Shown here piece after piece: positions 23,776 to 32,000 of a stretch of DNA of 32,000 nt. The stretch's first letter is position 1, and each line of letters starts with the position of its first letter. The stretch comes from Escherichia coli. GTDB taxonomy: Bacteria; Pseudomonadota; Gammaproteobacteria; Enterobacterales; Enterobacteriaceae. The DNA lies in the NCBI RefSeq assembly GCF_015291785.1, contig NZ_CP031706.1. One strand, given 5' to 3'. Below the pieces are notes generated by a model. The model was not told the origin of the DNA, made no database searches, and saw only the letters and a list, made by a program, of their open reading frames with translations. A program made the translations under genes and the position numbers.

Positions 23776-25167
23776 ATGAACTTTCCATTAATTGCGAACA
23801 TCGTGGTGTTCGTTGTACTGCTGTTTGCGCTGGCTCAGACCCGCCATAAACAGTGGAGTCTGGCGAAAAAAGTGCTGGTGGGTCTGGTGATGGGTGTGGT
23901 TTTTGGCCTTGCCCTGCATACCATTTATGGTTCTGACAGCCAGGTACTTAAAGATTCTGTACAGTGGTTTAACATCGTTGGTAACGGCTATGTTCAACTG
24001 CTGCAAATGATCGTTATGCCGTTAGTCTTCGCCTCTATTCTGAGCGCGGTTGCCCGTCTGCATAACGCATCTCAGTTAGGCAAAATCAGTTTTCTGACCA
24101 TCGGTACGCTTTTGTTTACCACGCTGATTGCGGCGCTGGTCGGTGTGCTGGTCACCAACCTGTTTGGTTTGACGGCTGAAGGTCTGGTTCAGGGTGGTGC
24201 AGAAACTGCACGTCTGAACGCCATTGAAAGTAACTATGTTGGTAAAGTCTCTGATCTGAGCGTTCCGCAGCTGGTCTTGTCCTTTATCCCGAAAAACCCG
24301 TTTGCCGATCTTACCGGAGCCAATCCGACGTCAATTATCAGCGTGGTAATTTTTGCCGCATTCCTCGGCGTAGCTGCATTGAAACTGCTGAAGGATGATG
24401 CGCCGAAAGGTGAACGCGTCTTAGCCGCTATCGATACCCTACAAAGCTGGGTGATGAAACTGGTTCGCCTTGTCATGCAATTGACCCCTTACGGCGTTCT
24501 GGCTCTAATGACCAAAGTGGTTGCAGGTTCTAACTTGCAAGACATCATCAAACTGGGAAGTTTCGTTGTCGCGTCCTACCTCGGTCTGCTGATTATGTTT
24601 GCAGTGCATGGCATTCTGCTGGGCATTAATGGCGTGAGTCCGCTGAAGTACTTCCGTAAGGTATGGCCTGTGCTGACGTTTGCCTTTACCAGCCGTTCCA
24701 GTGCTGCGTCTATCCCACTGAATGTGGAAGCACAAACGCGTCGTCTGGGCGTTCCTGAATCCATCGCCAGTTTCGCCGCCTCTTTCGGTGCAACCATTGG
24801 TCAGAACGGCTGCGCCGGTTTGTATCCGGCAATGCTGGCGGTGATGGTTGCGCCTACGGTTGGCATTAACCCGCTGGACCCGATGTGGATTGCGACGCTG
24901 GTCGGTATTGTTACCGTTAGTTCCGCAGGCGTTGCCGGTGTCGGTGGTGGTGCAACTTTCGCCGCACTGATTGTGCTGCCTGCGATGGGCCTGCCAGTAA
25001 CCCTGGTGGCGCTGTTAATCTCCGTTGAACCGCTTATCGACATGGGCCGTACGGCGCTAAACGTTAGTGGCTCGATGACAGCTGGCACGCTGACCAGCCA
25101 GTGGCTGAAGCAAACCGATAAAGCCATTCTGGATAGCGAAGACGACGCCGAACTGGCACACCGTTAA
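23776..25167 (+). CDS. tcyP: L-cystine transporter, dicarboxylate/amino-acid:cation symporter family
   Basis: A 463-aa polytopic ORF recognised as YdjN/TcyP, with DAACS-family motifs such as SSAASIP. Confidence 0.93.
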
Positions 25168-25170
25168 TTC

Positions 25171-25987
25171 TTATGCTGGCAACGGTCCGTTTTGTATAGG
25201 GGCCGTTGCTTTACTTTTTAAATGTTCCATCGCGGCGATGCATACTGACTCATATTTAAACAGATCGTCAGCGAAAAAAATGTCCAACTTATCAATACAT
25301 TCCTGGCTCAATGAATGTGCCTGTAGTGAGAAGCTTAAAACCTCATACCCGAGACGTTTTCTAAGTGAACTATCTGGAATACTCATAATATCTTCAAGCA
25401 CACCACTTCCCATTCCCGGAAGATTTAGTGGATTAAAAAGAAGATTGATATTAAGCATTGATATTATCGAAGGAAACTTTAGGAGACTCTCATTTTTTTT
25501 GAATCGCAGCAAAAATGCTCCCGGCAGGATGTATATAATTTTTTTTCATAGTATATAGTCCTTAAATAATGAATAACCAACCTATTTTTACATTGATCAA
25601 ATTCGTCATTTTTTCGGGTCAGAATTCACAGGTAAAATCCATCCCAACAAAATTCTCATTAATATCTCTTATCCGAAACTCACTGCCATAAAGATTATTA
25701 ATTATCACTCTATATTTAACATTGTCCTGCAGATACGTATCAAAACTAAGTGCTGGCGCTCCTGGCTTTGAGGCATCATAGTTAATGTTAGACATATAGG
25801 CAATCATACGATTGAAGTTCGACTCTGCTATTTCATCGCAGTCACATTGACCCGTTGATATAAAGAAAGTGAGTGCCGCCATGGTAGACTCAAGCCTTTC
25901 TTTAAAAGAGTCGAAAGCCAGGCTTTTAATATTTAAATCACCATAATTACTCTGTATTAAGTTTGTAGAAAACATCTCCCGCCCCAT
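25171..25987 (-). pseudogene. ydjO: ydjO-like locus, reading frame broken (or two separate small ORFs of 122 and about 113-125 codons)
   Basis: The upstream ORF, 25987-25619, ends at TGA 25621-25619. The same frame has a second stop, TAA, at 25564-25562. It then restarts at the ATG at 25549 (with SD AAGGA at 25563-25559) and stops again at TGA 25492-25490, just after an A8 tract (25500-25493). The remaining 113-codon ORF (25512-25171) is in a different frame. The region is AT-rich. Confidence 0.5.
25179..25219 (+). terminator. Intrinsic terminator of tcyP, embedded in the 3-prime end of the opposite-strand ydjO frame
   Basis: The stem gcaacgg (25179-25185) / ccgttgc (25203-25209), with extra inner C-G pairs, is followed by tttacttttt. 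Confidence 0.55.
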
Positions 25988-26232
25988 ATTGTTAACAAAA
26001 TTATTATCTCATTTAAATCTAAGTCACTTACAATATAAGTTTAAGAGCGACGCCACAGGATGAACTATCAAAAATAGCTCATCATGATTAGCAAAACTTA
26101 ACCATTTTAAAATAAATAAACAATTAAAGAAAAAAGATCACTTATTTATAGCAATAGCTCGTCAAAGGCAGCTTTTTGTTACAGGTGGTTTGAATGAATG
26201 TAGCAACGAAATGCAGAATTTCAGGTCATGTA

Positions 26233-26251
26233 ACTCCCGGCAAAACCGGGA
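26233..26251 (-). terminator. Possible cedA terminator hairpin
   Basis: The stem ctcccgg / ccgggag has a 5-nt loop and lies 13 nt downstream of the cedA stop. The downstream T tract is poor. Confidence 0.35.
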
Positions 26252-26263
26252 GGTATGTAATCC

Positions 26264-26506
26264 TTACTCAGTCACTTCCCCTTCCTGGCGGATCTGATTT
26301 GCCCAACGTTGGGCAGATTCAGGCACAGTAAACGCCGGTGAGCGCAGAAATGACTCTCCCATCAGTACAAACGCAACATATTTGCCACGCAGCATCCAGA
26401 CATCACGAAACGAATCCATCTTTATCGCATGTTCTGGCGGCGCGGGTTCCGTGCGTGGGACATAGCTAATAATCTGGCGGTTTTGCTGGCGGAGCGGTTT
26501 CTTCAT
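26264..26506 (-). CDS. cedA: Cell-division activator CedA
   Basis: An 80-aa product, MKKPLRQQNRQIISYVPRTEP, from the ATG at 26506. An alternative in-frame start at 26527 would give 87 aa. Confidence 0.88.
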   Translation of the reverse strand: MKKPLRQQNRQIISYVPRTEPAPPEHAIKMDSFRDVWMLRGKYVAFVLMGESFLRSPAFTVPESAQRWANQIRQEGEVTE

Positions 26507-26641
26507 TACTGGCTTCACTAAACGCATATTAAAAATTAGAAAAACTGTAGTTTAGCCGATTTAGCCCCTGTACGTCCCGCTTTGCGTGTATTTCATAACA
26601 CCGTTTCCAGAATAGTCTCCGAAGCGGGATCTGGCTGGTGG

Positions 26642-26650
26642 TCTATAGTT
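26642..26650 (+). promoter_or_regulatory. Candidate sigmaS-type extended -10 element of katE
   Basis: tctatagtt contains TATAGT with a C immediately upstream, the pattern favoured by RpoS. It lies about 60 nt upstream of the katE ATG, and katE is a classic RpoS-dependent gene. Confidence 0.35.
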
Positions 26651-26709
26651 AGAGAGTTTTTTGACCAAAACAGCGGCCCTTTCAGTAATAAATTAAGGAG
26701 ACGAGTTCA

Positions 26710-28971
26710 ATGTCGCAACATAACGAAAAGAACCCACATCAGCACCAGTCACCACTACACGATTCCAGCGAAGCGAAACCGGGGATGGACTCACTGGCAC
26801 CTGAGGACGGATCTCATCGTCCAGCGGCTGAACCAACACCGCCAGGTGCACAACCTACCGCCCCTGGGAGCCTGAAAGCCCCTGATACACGTAACGAAAA
26901 ACTTAATTCTCTGGAAGACGTACGCAAAGGCAGTGAAAATTATGCGCTGACCACTAATCAGGGCGTGCGCATCGCCGATGATCAAAACTCACTGCGTGCC
27001 GGTAACCGTGGTCCAACGCTGCTGGAAGATTTTATTCTGCGCGAGAAAATCACCCACTTTGACCATGAGCGCATCCCGGAACGTATTGTTCATGCACGCG
27101 GATCAGCAGCTCACGGTTATTTCCAGCCATATAAAAGCTTAAGCGATATCACCAAAGCGGATTTCCTCTCAGATCCGAACAAAATCACCCCAGTATTTGT
27201 TAGGTTCTCTACCGTTCAGGGTGGTGCTGGCTCTGCCGATACCGTGCGTGATATCCGTGGCTTTGCCACCAAATTCTATACCGAAGAGGGTATTTTTGAC
27301 CTTGTTGGCAATAACACGCCAATCTTCTTTATCCAGGATGCGCATAAATTCCCCGATTTTGTTCATGCGGTAAAACCAGAACCACACTGGGCAATTCCAC
27401 AAGGGCAAAGCGCCCACGATACTTTCTGGGATTATGTTTCTCTGCAACCTGAAACTCTGCACAACGTGATGTGGGCGATGTCGGATCGCGGCATCCCCCG
27501 CAGTTACCGCACCATGGAAGGCTTCGGTATTCACACCTTCCGCCTGATTAATGCCGAAGGGAAGGCAACGTTTGTACGTTTCCACTGGAAACCACTGGCA
27601 GGTAAAGCCTCACTCGTTTGGGATGAAGCACAAAAACTAACCGGACGTGACCCGGACTTCCACCGCCGCGAGTTGTGGGAAGCCATTGAAGCAGGCGATT
27701 TTCCGGAATACGAACTGGGCTTCCAGTTGATTCCTGAAGAAGATGAATTCAAGTTCGACTTCGATCTTCTCGATCCAACCAAACTGATCCCGGAAGAACT
27801 GGTGCCCGTTCAGCGTGTCGGCAAAATGGTGCTCAATCGCAACCCGGATAACTTCTTTGCTGAAAACGAACAGGCGGCTTTCCATCCTGGGCATATCGTG
27901 CCGGGACTGGACTTCACCAACGATCCGCTGTTGCAGGGACGTTTGTTCTCCTATACCGATACACAAATCAGTCGTCTTGGTGGGCCGAATTTCCATGAGA
28001 TTCCGATTAACCGTCCGACCTGTCCTTACCACAACTTCCAGCGTGATGGCATGCATCGTATGGGGATCGACACTAACCCGGCGAATTACGAACCGAACTC
28101 GATCAACGATAACTGGCCGCGCGAAACACCGCCGGGACCGAAACGCGGCGGTTTTGAATCATATCAGGAACGCGTGGAAGGAAATAAAGTTCGTGAGCGC
28201 AGTCCATCGTTTGGCGAATATTATTCCCATCCGCGTCTGTTCTGGCTAAGTCAGACGCCATTCGAGCAGCGTCATATTGTCGATGGTTTCAGTTTTGAGT
28301 TAAGCAAAGTCGTTCGTCCGTATATTCGTGAGCGCGTTGTTGACCAGCTGGCGCATATTGATCTCACTCTGGCCCAGGCGGTGGCGAAAAATCTCGGTAT
28401 CGAACTGACTGACGACCAGCTGAATATCACCCCACCTCCAGACGTCAACGGTCTGAAAAAGGATCCATCCTTAAGTTTGTACGCCATTCCTGACGGTGAT
28501 GTGAAAGGTCGCGTGGTAGCGATTTTACTTAATGATGAAGTGAGATCGGCAGACCTTCTGGCCATTCTCAAGGCCCTGAAGGCCAAAGGCGTTCATGCCA
28601 AACTGCTCTACTCCCGAATGGGTGAAGTGACTGCGGATGACGGTACGGTGTTGCCTATAGCCGCTACCTTTGCCGGTGCGCCTTCGCTGACGGTCGATGC
28701 GGTCATTGTCCCTTGCGGCAATATCGCGGATATCGCTGACAACGGCGATGCCAACTACTACCTGATGGAAGCCTACAAACACCTTAAACCGATTGCGCTG
28801 GCGGGAGACGCACGCAAGTTTAAAGCAACTATCAAGGTCGCTGACCAGGGTGAAGAAGGGATTGTGGAAGCTGACAGCGCCGACGGTAGTTTTATGGATG
28901 AACTGTTAACGCTGATGGCAGCACACCGCGTGTGGTCACGCATTCCTAAGATTTACAAAATTCCGGCGTAA
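26710..28971 (+). CDS. katE: Catalase HPII (large-subunit monofunctional catalase)
   Basis: A 753-aa ORF with the catalase signature [22 protein letters not shown], the proximal-ligand region RLFSYTDTQ, and the C-terminal flavodoxin-like extension of large-subunit catalases. Confidence 0.97.
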   Translation: MSQHNEKNPHQHQSPLHDSSEAKPGMDSLAPEDGSHRPAAEPTPPGAQPTAPGSLKAPDTRNEKLNSLEDVRKGSENYALTTNQGVRIADDQNSLRAGNRGPTLLEDFILREKITHFDHERIPERIVHARGSAAHGYFQPYKSLSDITKADFLSDPNKITPVFVRFSTVQGGAGSADTVRDIRGFATKFYTEEGIFDLVGNNTPIFFIQDAHKFPDFVHAVKPEPHWAIPQGQSAHDTFWDYVSLQPETLHNVMWAMSDRGIPRSYRTMEGFGIHTFRLINAEGKATFVRFHWKPLAGKASLVWDEAQKLTGRDPDFHRRELWEAIEAGDFPEYELGFQLIPEEDEFKFDFDLLDPTKLIPEELVPVQRVGKMVLNRNPDNFFAENEQAAFHPGHIVPGLDFTNDPLLQGRLFSYTDTQISRLGGPNFHEIPINRPTCPYHNFQRDGMHRMGIDTNPANYEPNSINDNWPRETPPGPKRGGFESYQERVEGNKVRERSPSFGEYYSHPRLFWLSQTPFEQRHIVDGFSFELSKVVRPYIRERVVDQLAHIDLTLAQAVAKNLGIELTDDQLNITPPPDVNGLKKDPSLSLYAIPDGDVKGRVVAILLNDEVRSADLLAILKALKAKGVHAKLLYSRMGEVTADDGTVLPIAATFAGAPSLTVDAVIVPCGNIADIADNGDANYYLMEAYKHLKPIALAGDARKFKATIKVADQGEEGIVEADSADGSFMDELLTLMAAHRVWSRIPKIYKIPA

Positions 28972-28980
28972 ATATGGATA

Positions 28981-29006
28981 AGGTCACGTCCCCTGGGGAG
29001 TGACCT
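28981..29006. terminator. Shared hairpin between convergent katE and chbG
   Basis: aggtcacgtcccc-t-ggggagtgacct is a long, nearly perfect inverted repeat lying 10 nt after the katE stop and 12 nt after the chbG stop. There is no clear U tract on either side. Confidence 0.5.
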
Positions 29007-29017
29007 TACCACCTTAC

Positions 29018-29788
<771 letters not shown>

Positions 29789-31141
29789 TTAATGTGCTTT
29801 TTTAAGCTCTGCGATGCAGTCGGCAAAATTTGGCAGCCATTTCTCGTGCGCCAGAATCATCTCGCGTGCCAGCAGCTCAGCATCGCGATCGGAATGCACC
29901 AACGGACTAAGGTTTAGCGCCAGTAACACATCGTTAAATTCTCCGCTAAGTGCGGCGTTGCTGGCAGCAATCTCGAAGCCTTTAATGGTGTGAATCAGCC
30001 CCATCACTTTATCATCGAAATGCGTAATGCGCGGATGTGGCGTCGCGCCATCGCGCCCCAGCTTACAGGTCATTTCTACCGCCCAGTCTGCCGGAATATT
30101 ATCAATATGCCCATGATGCGGGATATTAACGTAATGTTCAGCTTGCTTGTCGTTGTAGATAGCGTTGATCACTTCGCACGCTGCATCAGAGTAATAAGCC
30201 CCACCGCGCTGTTCCAGTTCTTTCGGCTTAACTTTCAACTCCGGATTTTTATACAGCTCAAAAAGTTGTTTCTCGACTTTCTGTACTACCTGTGCTCGTG
30301 CGCCGCCTTTGTAGTATTCGCCCATTTCAATAGCCAGCATCTCTTTCTGCTTGAAGTAATACAGCAGATAAGAACATGGCAGCAGATTTAACGAACGAAT
30401 TAAGCCCTCACTAAATGGCAGATCGAAAATATTTTTTACAGAGGACGCTTTTAACTGCCCTGACGCCACACCATCAAGCAATTCGGCAAAGCGCGACTTG
30501 CCATTTACCAGCACATCCTTAATGAACACCATATGGTTGAGGCCGAACAGATCGATAGATAAATCATCGCTGTCTTTCAGCATCAGAACATCGCGAATAA
30601 ACATCTTCATGCCGATCGGAATATTACACACGCCGATAAAGCGTTTAAATCCGGTATGACGATAAACGGCTTCAGTGACCATTCCCGCCGGGTTAGTGAA
30701 GTTAATCACCCATGCATTCGGACAAAGTTCTTCGACATCTTTTACGATGTCAAAAATCACCGGAATGGTACGCAGACCTTTAAACAGACCCCCCGCGCCG
30801 TTGGTTTCCTGACCAAGATAACCATGACTTAATGGAATACGTTCATCCAGTTCGCGCGCCGGTAATTGGCCTACGCGCAGTTGGGTAGTAACGAAATCAG
30901 CATCTTTCAATGCTTCGCGGCGATCCAGCGTTTTATAAAGCTTCATCGGGACGCCAGCGTTATCAATCATCCGTTGGCAGAGTTCAAAAATGATATCCAG
31001 TTTCTCTTTACCATCTTCGACATCCACCAGCCATAATTCGCTGACCGGCAATTCGTGATAACGCTTAATAAATCCTTCCAGTAACTCCGGGGTATAGCTG
31101 CTCCCGCCACCAATAGTGACGACTTTTAATTTCTGGCTCAT
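29789..31141 (-). CDS. chbF: 6-phospho-beta-glucosidase, glycoside hydrolase family 4 (NAD/Mn dependent)
   Basis: A 450-aa ORF with the N-terminal Rossmann motif KVVTIGGGSSYTPEL and the GH4 core CNIP. Confidence 0.95.
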   Translation of the reverse strand: MSQKLKVVTIGGGSSYTPELLEGFIKRYHELPVSELWLVDVEDGKEKLDIIFELCQRMIDNAGVPMKLYKTLDRREALKDADFVTTQLRVGQLPARELDERIPLSHGYLGQETNGAGGLFKGLRTIPVIFDIVKDVEELCPNAWVINFTNPAGMVTEAVYRHTGFKRFIGVCNIPIGMKMFIRDVLMLKDSDDLSIDLFGLNHMVFIKDVLVNGKSRFAELLDGVASGQLKASSVKNIFDLPFSEGLIRSLNLLPCSYLLYYFKQKEMLAIEMGEYYKGGARAQVVQKVEKQLFELYKNPELKVKPKELEQRGGAYYSDAACEVINAIYNDKQAEHYVNIPHHGHIDNIPADWAVEMTCKLGRDGATPHPRITHFDDKVMGLIHTIKGFEIAASNAALSGEFNDVLLALNLSPLVHSDRDAELLAREMILAHEKWLPNFADCIAELKKAH

Positions 31142-31245
31142 AATTTCTCCCTTCAGTACAGAATACTGATATCTGGCATATCTGCCCCCCCGGACATAAA
31201 TAATCCAGCAACAGTACAGATATGTGAATTGTCAGGTATAACGAC

Positions 31246-32000
31246 TTACTGATTAAATTCAGTCAATTTCTTACGATAGCTCTTAGGCGTAAAGGACGTT
31301 AATTTCTTAAACGTTTTAATAAACAAACTCGGGCTACTATAACCGGCCTCAAACGCAATATCCGTCACGGAATAGTTGGTCATTTCCAGTTGTTTTTTGG
31401 CAAAATTAATACGGATCTCATTAATAATCTGCATTGGTGTTTTGCCATAATATCGTTGAGTCGCTCGCGTCAAATATTCCTGTGATTTGGCTGACAACGT
31501 CACCATATTCTCCAGCGCCGATTCACTAAACTGCTCTTTATCATGCATCTTTTCTACCGTACTTTTCAGCCACTGCGGTACATCATCAATCACCTGTTCT
31601 TCGCGGTAATGACGTAAACGGTTAATGACATAAAAAGTAACCATCTCAACAAACTCTTCCAGCCCTGTTTCGCGGAAATTCAATGAAGAAATCACTGTTT
31701 CCACATAGGTGAGAAAAGCGTTATTGGTCCGGTATACCTGCGAAGCGACAAAGCAATAAGGCAACAACGGCAGGTAATGCTGCTCAAAAAAGCGTTTACT
31801 GATCCCAACGTTCAATATACGCGTGGCACCAAACTCATAAAAACTTTGATGGTGCGAACCTAACGGAATAAAAACAAAATCGCCCCGTTCCAGTAACACG
31901 CGCTTACCGTTAATCTCCTGGAAATAACGCCCGGTTAATACCAGAGTAAATTCATAATAGTCGTGCTGATGCAGCCCGCTGATACTCTCAGTTTTGTTAT
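31246..32000 (-). CDS. chbR: AraC-family dual regulator of the chb operon (N-terminus lies beyond the window end)
   Basis: The frame stays open to position 32000. The C-terminus has the AraC-type double HTH ([31 protein letters not shown]). The track start at 31899 is only an internal alternative start codon. Confidence 0.9.
   Translation of the reverse strand, partial: NKTESISGLHQHDYYEFTLVLTGRYFQEINGKRVLLERGDFVFIPLGSHHQSFYEFGATRILNVGISKRFFEQHYLPLLPYCFVASQVYRTNNAFLTYVETVISSLNFRETGLEEFVEMVTFYVINRLRHYREEQVIDDVPQWLKSTVEKMHDKEQFSESALENMVTLSAKSQEYLTRATQRYYGKTPMQIINEIRINFAKKQLEMTNYSVTDIAFEAGYSSPSLFIKTFKKLTSFTPKSYRKKLTEFNQ

Noticed and set aside
25619-25621. The TGA ending the upstream ydjO fragment as a possible selenocysteine or programmed read-through codon.
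   Set aside because: The sequence immediately downstream (CCCGAAAAAATGACGAATTTGATC) is AT-rich and forms no SECIS-like stem-loop. A second in-frame stop (TAA at 25564-25562) and a frame change follow, so recoding of one codon would not restore a long ORF.
25171-25987. The two adjacent small ORFs (122 and about 113-125 aa) as a toxin-antitoxin or small defence module.
   Set aside because: Neither protein shows any recognisable toxin, antitoxin, nuclease or DNA-binding motif. The ORFs are separated by 69-106 nt rather than overlapping. The arithmetic fits fragments of a single longer gene better.
28981-29006. The inverted repeat containing cccctgggg between katE and chbG as a REP/ERIC-type repeat element.
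   Set aside because: It does not match the REP (GCCGGATG...) or ERIC core sequences as I remember them, and it occurs only once in the window. It is best explained as a shared terminator hairpin for convergent genes.

Overview
This window is an Escherichia coli-type chromosomal core segment. I identified it from recognisable protein sequences and classic regulatory sites, not from any search.

Gene order:
- Plus strand: ppsR, aroH, ydiE.
- Minus-strand block: selO(ydiU), ydiV, nlpC, btuD, btuE, btuC, ihfA, pheT, pheS, pheM, rplT, rpmI, infC, thrS.
- Then: arpB and yniD (+), ydiY (-), pfkB, ydiZ, yniA (+), yniB (-), hxpB(yniC), ydjM, tcyP(ydjN) (+), a broken ydjO-like locus and cedA (-), katE (+), chbG, chbF, and chbR (-, truncated by the window end).

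I saw no rRNA, tRNA, CRISPR array, IS element, integrase, prophage gene or REP-type repeat.

Several textbook control elements can be read directly:
- the TrpR operator of aroH
- a Fur box before ydiE
- the pheM Phe-rich leader and its attenuator
- the ATT start codon of infC
- the tRNA-Thr-like thrS operator hairpins
- tandem LexA boxes before ydjM

Most of the window is ordinary housekeeping DNA, and I found no convincing new multi-gene system. Two visibly AT-rich accessory-like patches deserve a second look:
1. An uninterrupted 632-codon arpB-type ORF. Its C-terminal half is five ankyrin-like repeats at an exact 48-residue period, and its roughly 390-residue N-terminal domain is uncharacterised.
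2. The ydjO locus, which is split by two in-frame stops and a frame change at an A8 homopolymer tract.
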